Positions 40,956 to 55,004 are shown, counted from the first letter of the whole stretch. The stretch is DNA of 63,829 nt, filler included, from Reticulomyxa filosa (GCA_000512085.1; 19 parts of 19 records of this genome joined end to end with filler, not necessarily neighbours in it); one strand, 5' to 3'. Notes: generated from the letters alone by a model not told the origin. Translations and numbers: made by a program.

Positions 40956-41559
40956 GTTTGTCAAAGATGAAACTGTGCCGTGAATTTGTTCCCCCCTTTT
41001 TTATTTTCTTTCCACCAAATTTTAATTTGATAAAAATTAAATTGTTGCATTCACAAGAGAAGGAACCTTGGGTGCAACAATATTTGACAAAATCAATAAT
41101 TTTTTTTCTTGTCGTTGTTGAAAAATTCTCATCCCTTTCTTTGCAATACTTGATAAAACAGCACCGAAAACATAATGCTTTTCAATTGCATGTTTTTAAA
41201 GTAGCAAAAAATATTTTTGAAAGAAAAACATCATTAAAACGTCAGCAATTACTTTTTTTTTTAATCAAAGACAAAAAAAAATTCTTATTTACGAATTTCA
41301 CAGATCGGCCGCCTGGCATTACGAGCAACATCTCAACTTGTGAGAGTGCTGAAGCAGTTAGTGAAGTCGCAAATAAGAAACATTGTAACTACGTTTCTGA
41401 GGTAGTTATAAACATTATTATGGTCCTGGTCCCTTACCTTTTACAAAATTTCATACANNNNNNNNNNNNNNNNNNNNNNNNNNNNNNNNNNNNNNNNNNN
41501 NTTAATTAATTAANNNNNNNNNNNNNNNNNNNNNNNNNNNNNNNNNNNNNNNNNNNNAT

Positions 41560-42363
41560 GTGCTGGAAAAAAGCAAGTCAAGCATTAAAAATTCCATCAA
41601 TCTAACAAAGAGTGTAGTACTCACCGTAAGTAAACAGAGTCAAAATCAAAGAACAGAGTCGATTTGCGATGAGATCACTAAATGGGTAGAAGAAATGCAA
41701 ATCCATGTCACATGTATAAAACAGCTATGGATGAAGGTGAAAGAAGAGCACATCTCTCTCCAAGAAAAATGGGAGCAGATCGCTCATGCATGCACCGAGT
41801 TCAGTTAAAAAAAAAAAAAAAAAATTGAGTCATATCTCTAAGCATACCCTTTTTTTTAAAAAAAAAAACAATTTTGGAATACAAGTCCACAGCCGACCAT
41901 AATGTCAAAAATATTGGAAACATTGAGTGCAGCAATAATTGCTGGAGGGATTACTATATTCTTTGTTGAAAGGGATTGGACGATTCTATTACATGCATTC
42001 AATGACGGTGTTATAGATATTCATACACCTTTCGCGGCAGTCACTGGATATACACGATTGCTAAAAGAAAAAAGCGCGTTGCGGCTGTTGAATGATGTTT
42101 CCAAAGAACAATTGTCCTTTGAGAGACAGCGTACAAACCGGATAAACAACATCCTAACTAATGTAAACGCCTTGGACAAATTGACAAAATGTGAAAAAAA
42201 AGAGTCCGAAACAGAATGGTTTTATCGAGCTGATACAAGGAATAAAAGTCTTGACAGCTTTTATTCCAAAACTACTGCTGTTATCAAAAACTGCAAACAA
42301 ACGGATAAAAAAATTGACTGTCTTTACGAGCAAAAAGTGTGGCAGTTTATGCGTCTTTTGTGA
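41560..42363 (+). CDS. Hypothetical protein fragment (2 exons)
   Basis: Two co-oriented ORFs separated by an A/T-rich intron-like stretch. Confidence 0.45.
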
Positions 42364-42685
42364 ACGCTTGTAATGTAAGTCGGAGGATAGTGCTAGTACA
42401 ACAGTTTTTTTGGGATTATTGAGTTGAGACAAAGAAGACTGCATGTCCCCGTTTTCAATAAAAAAAGAAAGCTAAAACTTAAAAAAAAAGGAAACAAGCA
42501 TTAACAAATTTAAGGATTATATGTGGCTTTGAAGAGAGACTTAAAATCAAATACAATCTGACTTTAAAAATCAAAGAAAGTGCAAAACATTTACGCAAAA
42601 TTAAAGGACTGCTTCATGCCTTGTTTCAGTTGGGTAGGTTGCCAGACTTGAACTTAAAAAAAAACATTTATTTGAAAAATTGACA

Positions 42686-43204
42686 ATGTGGTCATATCTG
42701 TCAAATTTATGGTTTTTGACTTTGCTGACAAAGTTATTTCTCCTCGCGGCCGATTCAAGCGTAGATATTGAACATAAAGTTCGCATAAACTTTGGTTCTT
42801 GCACAAAGCCGTACCGCGAACAACCACTTTGGCCTTACATTTTGGCTCGACATCCTGATCTGTGGATCTGGGGTGGTGACATTGTCTATCACGTTACGTT
42901 AGAAAGCAAAATAAATAAGCAAACAAACAAAAAATTGGCAAATAGATGTAATTTATGAGTAAAATGAAGGGGGGGGGAAAAAAAAAAGGACCGACCAAAT
43001 GTGACCTGTATTAATGCCTTAAAAAATTATATAACAAGAAAATCGAATCGTTTGCAATGTAGTAAGATGGGTTTTGGTGAAGGTGATCCCAACAAATTCG
43101 AAAGCAATTTTGAAATAATGGCACAGCATCCTCTCTACCAGGAGTTGGTGAAGATGGCTCCAATCATTGGAATTTATGATGATCATGACTACGGGCAGAA
43201 CAAG
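42686..43204 (+). CDS. phoD: PhoD-type alkaline phosphatase, partial, with signal peptide
   Basis: RINFGSC, PDLWIWGGDIVY and GIYDDHDYG motifs. Confidence 0.85.
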
Positions 43205-43239
43205 TATTTGTATATATTTAAAATAAAATAAAATAATAA

Positions 43240-43278
<39 letters not shown>

Positions 43279-44123
43279 NNNNNNNNNNNNNNNNNNNNNN
43301 NNNNNNNNNNNNNNNNNNNNNNTTAATTAATTAANNNNNNNNNNNNNNNNNNNNNNNNNNNNNNNNNNNNNNNNNNNNATTGTTTAAAAAATTTGAATAT
43401 TTATTCATTTTTGAAGATTTTCGAGAAAAAGTTGACAATCGTGCCTACGTCGTAACAATAAAACTTGACAACTTTTTTTAAAGCAGGCTTTACGAAAATA
43501 AAAATAAGTGAGAAATAGTAAATTGTATTGAATATTTTCCAAAAAATCTAACTATACAAATTTCACATTTAGCAACAGCTGTTCTTCAAAGTTTACTATG
43601 TATATTTATTTATCTTTTTTAAAAAAAATTAGTATCAAATGAAAACTTTAAGAGTAAGAATGAATTGTGTGTGATCAAGGAGATAATCAAGACAATTATG
43701 TATTATGTTTTAAAATAAAAAATTTATAGTTTGATTGATTTATGCGACCTTTCCGCCACGTCTAATTATTGCCAAAGTTTTTGTACATTTACTGTTTTGG
43801 CAATGTGTTGTAGTTCGGTTATTTTTTTTTTTGGAATTAAAACTAACAAACGAGAAATAATTGTTACATCGAATATCTGGTTCATTGTTTGTAGTTTGCT
43901 TTTGATATCAATTTAAACTCTAACTGTCAGTGTAAACACTCAAAATCGATTAATCAAACTATGTAATAAATTTCTGAGTGCAGTTTAAAGATAAAAATAG
44001 GTGAATCATATGTGCAAGGAGAAACTTGCGCAAAAAGACAAAAAATTTGTTGTTGTGGTTGAGAAGAGGAGGTACTCATATTAAGGACAAAAAAAGAAAG
44101 GCAATGCACCAGTTAATCAATGG

Positions 44124-45775
44124 TCATTGCTGCGATTCATTTTGTTCAATGGGAGTACGACAAATAGGGCATAAATGATTGCGAGTCAGCCATTCGTCAA
44201 TTTCGGCAGTATGAAAAATGTGTAAACATGGTAATCGACGAATTTTATCACCATCTTTAAAGCTTTCTAGACAGATGCAACATCGATGGAATTCATCATT
44301 TTTTTTTACGTTTTTATTTTTTTCTGCTTCTTTGGCTTCGTTTACATCGGCTGCCTTTTCTTTCGGCTTTGCCTTTGCATCGGATATGTTTGCAAAAAAA
44401 AAAAAAAAAAAAAATAAAGTCATTCGGCAATATGTATTATATATGTTACATATGATGTAACGAATTTCAAAAAAACAAAACTCGAAAAGTATCAACAGGC
44501 AGCTGTTCAATGTCTGAAGTGTCAGCTCCTCTAGGCGCAGGCGGGAATAATCTCAACAGAGTTTCGTAGTCCATGTTTTCATTCATTAAGGCTCCACCAA
44601 ACATTTGTCCAGGGAAGATTGTCATAGGCCGAATACGAAACCCGAAAAATGGGTCCGCTCCTGCACCCGTGCTATACGAAAAGGGCAAGCTACTACGTGA
44701 AGATGGAAAAGAGGTTCCTGACGTTGCAAAGTTGTCCTGCGTTAACATGGCCAAGTATGTATCACAAACAAAGAAGTTACAAAAAAAAAAAAAAAATGAA
44801 CTAATTAAAATTAGAATGACAATTTTTAGATTACAAATTGGAAAACATTCAAAACACACGAAACGTTTCCAAAAAACGAGTGGAAAGAACCAAACCCCAT
44901 AGGAAAGAGAGCCGACTGTCCACTTGGCAAAGTCGACGACGAAAACTGAAAGGAAACGCTGCCACTGCCATCCGATACCGAGCCAGATCCTTGAGATCCA
45001 GATCTTGGATTACTAAAGTGAAATGTGCGATAATGGGAAAAAGTTTGTGGCTCAGTCACAGCTCGTTCATTGAAATAAGAGCGCTGTCCTTGCTCTTGTT
45101 CTTCTTGTCGTCCTTGTACTTGACTTTGTACTTGACTTTGTACTTGTACTTGCTCTTGCCCATGTCTTTGCTGTCCTTGCTCTTGCCCATGTCCTTGCTG
45201 TCCTTGCTCTTGCCCATGTTCTTGCTCATCTTCTCTTGCAAATTGGGCCGCTAAATGTCTTGCGAGCTCTTCATCTGTCATTATTTGCTGACTTTGATTT
45301 TGATTTTGATTTTGATTGGTTAATGAGTCCCCGTCCATCCTCGCACTAGCGTTCTCGCTTGCACTGGCGTTCTCGCTTGTACTGGGTGCTTCAACCATCA
45401 TTGCATTGGTCGAATCGGGGGCATCTTGTAACTGTGACTGCCGCAACTCCTCTTCTTCTTCTCTGCATTTTGCCGCTTCGTTGTTGTATTCTTGTTGCAA
45501 TGCATTAATTTGCTTCTGAATTTGGTCCATTTTTTGCTTTCTTTCCTTTATTGAACGTTCCAGTTCGCTTTCACGAGAGTCCATATCAACGTCCATTTGA
45601 TTTTCTTTTTTTTTTATTTTAAAAAAAGACATTTTTTTTTTTTTTTGGGACTCTTTATCATTTTTAAGAGGTGTGCTTTCTTACCTGTTGAAGGTGCATG
45701 AAGGCTCTGCTTTCGACGAGCTTCTTCTCGAAGACGTCGCTCTCGTATTTGCCTTTCTAGGTCGTTTTGCTCCAT
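44124..45775 (-). CDS. RING-H2 E3 ubiquitin ligase with coiled coil and UIM/MIU-like motif, 4 exons
   Basis: TDEELARHLAAQF; NMDYETLLRL..RGA...IEQLP; CCICLESF..GDKIRRLPCLHIFHTAEIDEWL....CPICR. Confidence 0.85.
45148..45226 (-). repeat. 27-nt coding tandem repeat (HGQEQGQQG/R), about 3 copies
   Basis: Repeated tgctcttgcccatgt unit. Confidence 0.85.
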
Positions 45776-46142
45776 TACTCTTCCAAAGCGAATAAAAGAA
45801 AAGGTGCTTAAAGGATTGTGAAAGAAATCCTGTCAAAGCAATATTATAGCTTGCTGAAAAAAAGGGTCGTTGTTGTTGCCGAACCTGCTAACAACATGGT
45901 TTAAGGTTTTGTGTTGTAATGGTATTTTTGAAACAATTGAAGTTTACATTTTCCTTGTGACGGAAAAAAATGGTCCGAGCATTAAAGAAATGAGAAGTAC
46001 AATATGCTTGAGTGTGATGGTGGTTGTGGAAAACAATGATTCAACTAAGAAAGCTCAAAGTGACACAGCGATAAAAAAGAGCCACAACAATGGAAGAGAA
46101 AGATGTGCACACCTAAGACCGTTCAGCAACGAAGAAAAGACA

Positions 46143-46750
46143 TTACCATCTCCCACCGCCTCCACCTTGTATTTGTTTTGTTTTTAGTTTGTTTAGATAA
46201 CCAACAAAAAAAAAACAAAAAAAACAAACCTCCACCAAATGAAGACCCTCCTCCAAATGAAGATCCTCTGCCAAAGCCGGAGGAACCACGACCAGAACTT
46301 TGAGACGAGGACTGATGTGGCGCATAACGTGTGAAAGCGGTATCATTAGCAAAATCGCGAAGGGTATGTGGGCTGGCAGCATTGGACCACTGATCAACCA
46401 TGCCATTGTTGATATAGTAAGGATAGTAATGTTGAAGACGCATCAATCGAAAGCGTAGTTCTTGTCTCCAAAGCCAATCTTCCATGGAAATGTTTGTTCT
46501 GTTCCCTCGGTCGAATGCGTTTCGAAGTTGTTCCCCCCAGGCCGGGGCGCGACCGCCGTTCGTGCCGTCGTATACATTGTCGTTGACATGGGGCTTTTCC
46601 AAGTGATCATCGTCTTGCTTCGTGTCACTGCCGTTGGAGCTGTCGCTGTTGTTCGTGGCACTGGTTGTCGTCTTTCGGTGTCTCAAATCGCCGTTTTCCC
46701 CACTCGGTCGAGGCCGATCGCTAAGTGATTCAGTTGGACTTATTCCATCC
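46143..46750 (-). CDS. C-terminus of a protein ending in a Gly-rich tail typical of TPM (MOLO-1/YgcG) domain proteins
   Basis: SSFGGGSSFGG|GGGGGRW-stop after splicing. Confidence 0.55.
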
Positions 46751-46804
46751 TTTTTTTCCTCCTTTTTTTTTTTAAAAAAAGAATGGACGAGGGGACCACG
46801 TTCC

Positions 46805-46836
<32 letters not shown>

Positions 46837-46959
46837 CAACAAAGTTAGAGTAGGGAGAANNNNNNNNNNNNNNNNNNNNNNNNNNNNNNNNNNNNNNNNN
46901 NNNTTAATTAATTAANNNNNNNNNNNNNNNNNNNNNNNNNNNNNNNNNNNNNNNNNNNN

Positions 46960-49900
46960 CAGGACGAAACATTGTATTTAGTATTGAATGAAAATCGATT
47001 GAAGGGATATCATATGAATCATATCAAATACATGAAGTACGTCGTGTAGTCATTTAAGTTTAATCTCGACATTCGCTGAAATATCAGGTGTTGATGTCGG
47101 ATCCCATAATAGCATTGTACTTGCGCAAACTGATTCACAACGAGATGTCATTTCATTGCGTTATATTATGAAAATGGGCAACTTATACAACGCATGAACT
47201 CCACGTTACTATGTATATATTTCCAATTCAATTAACTCCAAACTTGAAACTTTTCTTGGAGCCAAATTTTGTGGGATGACATCCCTTTTTTATCAATGAC
47301 CACCGCTTTCAATCAATATATCTGTTATTTGATGAGATATTTATTGATGAATACATATCGTACGGAATTGGACAGTGTTTTGAACGTAAACTGCACTTGG
47401 CTTCTTCAGCAAGCTTTCAACCATAAAAAAAGGATTTTTTTTATCAAGAACCCCTTTGCACATGAACAACACATAATAAAGCAGTCATGTCACAAATGCA
47501 TGACAACATAACAATAACGATAATAATTTTGGTTGAAAGTGTGTTGTTCTTTCATTATGATATATATTGCAAATGCTGGAAGCAAGAATATTTTATTATT
47601 ATATTTACATTGTAACTTTGCTTGAAAAATATATTATCCTATAATTATTTTTACTCTAGCATATTTTTAATCAATTAGCTCTATATAAAAAAATATCTTC
47701 ATACAAAGGCAGCAGATAATAATTAAATTTAATGCAACTTTTTCTTTGCAACAAAATCATTGTATTTATAAAATTTGTCAAAAATAATTTAAAAATTATA
47801 CACATATATAAGTTTTGTCATTATGACATGTTTTAAAATTTTTATTTTTTTGTAATAAAAAACATAGCAGCATCAATAATATTTTTAATGTTTTATTTAT
47901 ATGTATTTCGTTGTAACATGAAGAATATATCTTTTTTTTTTCATTACTTTTATTGAAGTTGGATAATCATTTCAATTTTATTAAGTATAACAAAAAATAA
48001 AAATTTTAAAACATGTCATAATGACGAAACGTACATATGCATATATTTTTTTTGACAAATTTTACAATGATTTTGTTGCAAAGAAAAAGTTGCATTATAA
48101 TTTAATTATTATCTGCTGTCTTTGTATAAAGATATTTTTTTATACAGAGCTAATTGATTAAAAATGTGCTAGAGTAAAAATAATTATAGGAGAATATATT
48201 TTTCAAGCACGGTTGCGATGTATTTATCTTTGATTCGCAGCAAGTTGAGTATTTGTGTAATTGCCTCCATTTTTGTAAATTGATTCGCTTCATTACAAAT
48301 TCAATCATTTCTACTACGATCCATTTAATAAATTTTTCTGAAAAATCATCACGAATTTGATATGTGATTTGTGAGTTCTGAATGTGTCCATCTTTCAATA
48401 CAAATGTGCTTACATAGCTTTGTACCAACAACTGCGTTTGATTCTGAGAAAAAAGATGAAGCATTACATTTTGCTTCAATGCTTGGCCAACATGTTTCAA
48501 TAGTGTATTCAAAGATTCAAAGTTATCAAATTGGCAGAGTTCAAATTGCTTTCGAATTAAAGAAATAAATTGAATACTTTGAATTTGATGGTTATTTGCA
48601 ATGATACATAACACACATAATCGTAACAAATTCCACCGTTGACTTGCTCCAAATCCTTTTGCATTTGTTTGATCCATTCTTCCAACACTTGATTAACTTT
48701 TTCATCATTGGCAAAGTCTTCTTCACAATACAACATCAGCCAAGTGCACAAATTTTTCACTACATTCAATTGAATTGGTTTCAGCATCTCTGATTTCATT
48801 AGGGATCACTATGCAAAAGCGGCGTTTTAATTCTTTGATTCATTTTCGAAAATTATTTCCTGTTTCCAAAAAAAAATAATACGTATACCTAACAAAAAAA
48901 AAGAAAAATGTATAAATCATAAATATATAAATTATAAAAAAACTCAACAGTTGAGAATTCTTTGTAACACATAATTAAAATTTCCATTGTTTCATTATCT
49001 CTTTGTCGTTCATGTGTGCAAAGTAAGACGATTTGTTGAAGAGTGATGTGATGGGCATCTCGACAACACAACTTAGATTTTGAACTGATGGCTGAATGCC
49101 AGATGCAGGTATATTTACAGCAGCTTTAAGTATGTTTTCGTGGCTGTCCATTACTAGAATGACCTCTTGATTTGGTGTTCTTTGTGACATCGGAATCAAA
49201 GCCCAAGAGCAGCAAGAAGTCGATGATGACTTCATATCAGAGAAATCGTTCTTCCACTTTAAGATTGATAGTATCTAATGTAAGATTCCTATCGTCATCA
49301 TTCAACAACTTCTTCGCGATACTTCGTATCATGTTGAACATGTGTCTGTGATTTTCATTGTAACAGCTGATGTCAATTACTGACTATTCGAATGCGCATT
49401 TTTTTTTCATTCTATCTCTTCCAACACCATTACTGCCGTTGCCACTACCACCACCACAATTACCACTGACTTTGTTCTTTGACATGTGCTTGCTCGATAC
49501 TCGCATCTCTCCGTTGTTGCGGTTGTCGTCTTCGAATAAGAATTTCAACGACACTTTTCGTCCATTTAACGACGGCGACATCATCAATTTGCCTTGGTTT
49601 GAGTACGCACTGGCATTGCTCGGCTGCGATTATTATTGTCTATAAAATTTTTTCATCACGGCCAAAGCCACTCGACGATTGGGGCGTATCGCATGTGGCA
49701 CAACGTGATGAAGCAGTGTCGTCCATTAATGTGTATATCTGATGACGACTATTTCCTCCACTACCTCTTCCTCTTCCGCTGCAAGAAGAAGATTGATTAC
49801 AAATAACCTCTTTGTCGACAGGGAGCCACTATCCTTCTTGTGCAACACTCTCGTCATCTTCATTGCTTTTGGACTACTTCTCGCGCTTCAGACGCTTCTT

Positions 49901-50036
49901 CTCATCACTCTCTCCAAGGCTTCATTGTCGTGCTTCAGTTGCTCCTCACGCTCCATCAGTGCTTTCAAACTCTTTTGCTTGCTCTGTTCGCATTCTCATC
50001 CGCAGTCATTCTTGACTTTTTCAGAACTGGGTCATT
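46960..50036 (-). pseudogene. RasGEF-like (REM domain) pseudogene interrupted by a MITE
   Basis: MEILIMCYKEFST and PIQLNVVKNLCTWLMLYCEEDF (REM-like); many in-frame stops; frame runs into the inverted-repeat element. Confidence 0.55.
47608..48220. mobile_element. MITE/foldback element, about 240-bp imperfect terminal inverted repeats, TA target-site duplication
   Basis: 47608 to about 47852 is the reverse complement of about 47990-48220 (e.g. GCTTGAAAAATATATT, ATAATTATTTTTACTCTAGC, GCAGATAATAATTAAA, GCAACTTTTTCTTTGCAACAAAATCATTG). CA..TG ends; TA at 47606-47607 and 48221-48222. Confidence 0.85.
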
Positions 50037-51098
50037 TTTTGTAGTTTATGGGTCATTTTTGAACCAATTTTTACAAAAAAAGTACTTTTTTCAAAAAAAA
50101 AAAATTTCCAAAAGTGTATAATGGGGGGGATGTAGTTCAAATTTTTTTATGTTGGTTTTTGTAATGTTTCTTTCTCAACAATAAAAAGTATCGTTCCAGT
50201 GGTACTTATTCCCAGAAAACAAAAGAGGAAGAGCGTTGAAAACAAACCATGAAAGTAAAAAGACGATGGAAGACATTAGGAAAGTCGTCTAAACGACCGA
50301 AGAACCAAAGACAAAACGGAGCGAAAAACCATGAGTCAGCAATTGATCCAATCTTCAAAAAATATTATTGTGATTGTTTGGCAAGNNNNNNNNNNNNNNN
50401 NNNNNNNNNNNNNNNNNNNNNNNNNNNNNTTAATTAATTAANNNNNNNNNNNNNNNNNNNNNNNNNNNNNNNNNNNNNNNNNNNNAGTTGCCTCAGTACT
50501 GCTGTTAATGCCGCAATCCGCGTCAGTATCATGACCATATCTGTCCTGATTTGGTAAACCACTGCCCCTTTTTAATCTTTTGAACCATGTTAACTTAAAG
50601 AAGAAAACAAAATGATACTAAATTGATCGAAACATGGGACTTGATATCTGTTTTAAGAGTAATATATTGACAGATATCTGATGTGTTCACACTGGTCTTA
50701 CTTGAGCTTGCTTGTTTACTTAAACAATAAATTTTTTAAATATACTTGTATCCTTCCAACTTTTATATTTCATATCCTGTTTGCGTCTCATATTTGGATT
50801 GTCCAGTTTTCTGAAACGGTATAAATATATCCACCTTGATGCAGTTGTGAAATATTGTAACTAAATATTCTTTGAAAAATTTTTTTTTCTTGACATGATA
50901 TTTTATATTTGATTAATTTCATGATTTTCTAGCCATAATCCTAAGCACTTTGCAATATAAAACTTGTGCATAGTTTCAATGTTTACAAGCATTAAAAAAA
51001 CACTCAAATGTACTGTCAGCAGCAAAGCTGCCTTTTTTGTTGTAGCACCACACGACGCTACTACAAAAAAAGGGATATAAAAAAAGAAGCTACCTGAT

Positions 51099-52317
51099 AT
51101 GAAAGTAACAGAATGTAACAAATCTCACATGGACCGGGGTGCAGATGCAAATATTCCAGAATTTATCGGTGTAGTAACAATTATAGACGCATTGGCACTG
51201 CCGGTGCAGACACTGTTGTTTACGTATTCAATGTATCATTTAATTAAACTGTGTCGCGACGCAAACAAATCGTTTATAACATCTGCAATTGTATATCAGA
51301 CATTTGCGTGGATATATCCCTTTCAGTTATTTGTATTTTTTGTAATTGGGCGAAGGAACCTGTGGGCAACAAAGCATGCAAACTATTGTCGTTTTGCAGA
51401 GTTTTCTAATTTTTTTTCGGGTGCAATTTTTTATCTTGCAAATGTGTTGTTTTGGTTCCAGCGATTAGGTTAAAAAAAATTTATTTTCTTGTATATTCAC
51501 CATTTTCGTTCGCATTACGTATACAGAGGTATACGTATGCATAATCATTTAAAAAGCACATATACAAATAAATAAAAAAAACATATGTACATATACATAT
51601 AAATATATATGTATATGTACATATATGTATATATATATACATATTTATTTATTTATATTTATACATAAAGTGGCAGTATTTGAAGCGTCCGTGCTGAAAA
51701 TAGCGCAATGGCAAAGTCGATTGTTTCACATATTATTTGTATTAGTGAGCGGATTTACAATAGGTTGTGTAATTTGGCTGAGTATTGAAAGCACGTGCAT
51801 ATACAAAATTCATCCATCCGACTTTGACCCGTTTGGCAAACATACATATTATGGATGCTTTCGAGACTCATTTGTATATTCTCTGTTGCTGTCCAGCGGG
51901 GCTGTGATTACATTCGTATTCAATATCGTGGTTGCTTATTTATACGTATCTCGACTATATCGAGTTACGCAGTCTGTCGAAGAGCAAGGTACAATTGGAG
52001 ATGTAGTGAAGCCGGCCGAGGCACATAACACGATCGAACTTGTTGGCTCCGCTTCTCGGCCTTCCAAGTCCATTGCCATTTCCACTGCTTCGCATCCCCA
52101 AGTCGAAATCGTTCGCAAAGCCACACTCATTGCTATTACAAGTATCACCAGCACTATGCTGTCCTTAACTATACCCGCTGTTTTTTCTGGTGCTGATTTT
52201 ATCATTCTCCTTGACACGTTCCTCAATGGCTTGCTCATTTGTTGCTCTTTCAGCTTCGGCAACTCTATCTACTCTTCTTTGTTTTCTTGTTGCAACACCT
52301 TTCGTCCGCTCAAATAA
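51099..52317 (+). CDS. Seven-transmembrane GPCR-like protein, 2 exons
   Basis: Three TM helices in exon 1 and four in exon 2; Cys at the top of TM3; long third intracellular loop; phase-consistent intron 51469-51670. Confidence 0.7.
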
Positions 52318-52658
52318 TCCTCTTTGTACACCGTACAAATACGCACGTCTTAAATATATACGTAATTTTTTTAAAATTTTTTTTTGTAATGATAATAACT
52401 CTAGTGCTTTTGTTTTGTGCGTTATCACGCACGGGTATCATTGGGGATTGTCGTCTTTCCCTTTCGTCCCAGTTTTTTTTAATAATACTAAAAAAAAAAA
52501 AAACGAAAATTTGAGTTAGAGACTTTTTTTGGTTTAAATAAAAGAGAATAAACTCTAACTGAAAATAGACCCATACGTTTGTGGTCAGACAAAAGTAAAC
52601 CACGAGTGAAGGGGAAAGGGACGCATCAACAAAAAACTTTTTGTTGATATCCCCCTTG

Positions 52659-53514
52659 CATGTTAAGAGCAAATGCCAACCCGTCTACTCCTTCCTATTG
52701 CAGTTGTCATTGCCGATGTGCAATTTTCGGAATGGTTTTATGAGCAGCTACGCTTCCGTCAGTTCAATTACACTCGAGTTAACTTGGCACAGCACACGAA
52801 TACCCGCACAAAAACAACCAACCAAATAAACCAACAAAAAAAAAAAGGCTGGTACGACGATGACGAACGAGCGAGAGTTTGCAAGAGATGAAGTCGACCG
52901 AACTCCGCCACGCGCCCTCTCATTGGACGACGCGCACCTGAAATCCGCAGATGAAAGGATTTACCAAAACTATCTCAAAATACCTTTGGCAAACGTCACC
53001 AAATTTTCCGAAGAAAGTGAGCAAACTAAAGCAAGACCCAAATATCTTGTCAACAACGTTAAGTAAAATCATTTCAAACTTTGGCAAACGTACATATAAG
53101 CGTGACCCCCCCCCCTTTCAAATAATAATAATAATTCTCTTATTATCCTCCTTCAACATTGAACCCCTTTTTTTAAAAAAAAACTTTGAACTTTTTTTGC
53201 TACATTTGACCAACCCCCTTTTTTTTAAAAATAATAATAATAAAAGCGGTGTTTAAATTATACTGCACCAAAGATGATTATATTTTTTTTATATGTTATA
53301 TTAGGACATATTGCTGAAATCATCTATAATCGAAGGAAACAGAGAGAAACAGCGATATTCGTACAAAGGATTAGTGGATTTGCCATGGTATTATCTGCGA
53401 TGGGCTGATCGAACCAAAGTTGACCATGACAGAGAAGCTACCAAAATTGCTTCTCAAAACCCAATTGTTTTTGGAGCGCCTTATTGGAAAGGAATCAAGT
53501 CTAGCGACCTTTAA
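52659..53514 (+). CDS. Small hypothetical protein, possibly mitochondrial, 3 exons
   Basis: ORFs 52860-53066 and 53311-53514 joined by GT-AG introns; MLRA.. N-terminus needs one extra A. Confidence 0.45.
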
Positions 53515-54106
53515 TTTCCTTGCATTTTTTATTTTTTTTATTTTTTCCTCCTTCCCCCGTTGCTCATACCAACAAATGACAGCGGATAAGGAAAGGGAGG
53601 GTGATAAAAAAAAGGGTGCGGGGGAAAGCTTAATTTATCAAATTCCTTGATGCATTTCCCTCCCTTCCGCTTTCTTCCCGATTTGAATCAACACATCCCT
53701 CTTTTTTTTTCCCCTCATGAAAAAGAAAAAATCTCATTCTAAAGCGTTACATGCAATCCACTTTTCTTCACACTGGTTGTTATATTTCCTTTTCTGTAGA
53801 GACCTCTTGCAAAGTTTGTCATCTATGCACTCTTTGCTATACATGTTCCTCACTTTTTTAATTTGGTATTCTGAACTGCTGAGCATTTTAAATTCAAAAC
53901 TGATTGTAATCAATAAGATCAGAAGTTGATTGTATGATATCAAAGTCAGAAACATTTAAACACGGTTTTTTTTTGTGTTTTGCAGAACGATTAGGTTTTT
54001 CATTGCAGTACAAAAATGGATAATTGAATTTCGATATCAACGTTCAGCAAAGCCCGACAACAAAAAAAAACCCTTTGGCTTGGGAATCAAAGCATATAAT
54101 TCAAAT

Positions 54107-55004
54107 ATGGGCTGTGTGGCCGCTGCAGAAGAGAAGCCAGAAGAGACAAGTGAAAAAGCTTCGGAAAAAAAGAAGACTTCTCAGACAGCAAAGGACTCAT
54201 CGTCAACCAAAGAAAAGCAAAAGAAAGAGCATCAGCCGAGGCCAAAGCGGGACCATCAACAACATCAAACACAAACGCAAAAGCAAAAGCAACTGCAAGT
54301 ACAAATGGAAATGGAAATACAACATCAAAAGCAAGGACAAGCCCAAGTCCAAGTCCAAACGCAAAGCCAAGTGCAGCACGGCAATCAAGAAATGGAGCTG
54401 CCGGTGCGACACAAAGTCATGTAAATGAGAAAGGGACAGGAGGCACAAAGACAAAGGAGAAAAAATCGAAAGCCACACCGAACAAGCAAAAAAGTTAGTT
54501 GAAACAGATGTGAACGAGATTAGGGGGTCTTTTTTTTTTTGAGGTTAAAACAAAACCCCTCAAAAAAAAAAAAAAAATCAAGGCTGGGATCATGACGACG
54601 AAGAAAACGAAGAAGAAGAGGATGATAGCAGTGAAAACAGTGCTAAAAAAAAGTGGAATCCAAGGAGCTCGAATGTGTACACAGGCAAAATCAGCGAGAG
54701 GGAATTGAAGATAAGTCCGGAAGAAGGCGAACGAAGGAAATCGGCGTGGGAGGATTCTGATGAAAGTGGAAGTGAGGAAAATGACGAAGTTGCTGCCACT
54801 TATAATAATAATGGCAATAATAATAATAATGCCGCTGACTATCACCACGATGCTCACTCTACCGACCATGACAAATTCAATAAAGAAAAACGTCCTACTC
54901 TCTCTCAAAACAGGGAAACCAGATTGACTGTCGCTTTAGGCCCGCACGTTGATGCACGTAGGGCTTCTGCTATTGTCCCCGGGCTGCCCTACGCTCCACA
55001 GTAA
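54107..55004 (+). CDS. Low-complexity protein with N-terminal MGC dual-acylation motif, 2 exons
   Basis: MGCVAAAEEK start; intron about 54494-54581; one apparent indel near 54390. Confidence 0.5.
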
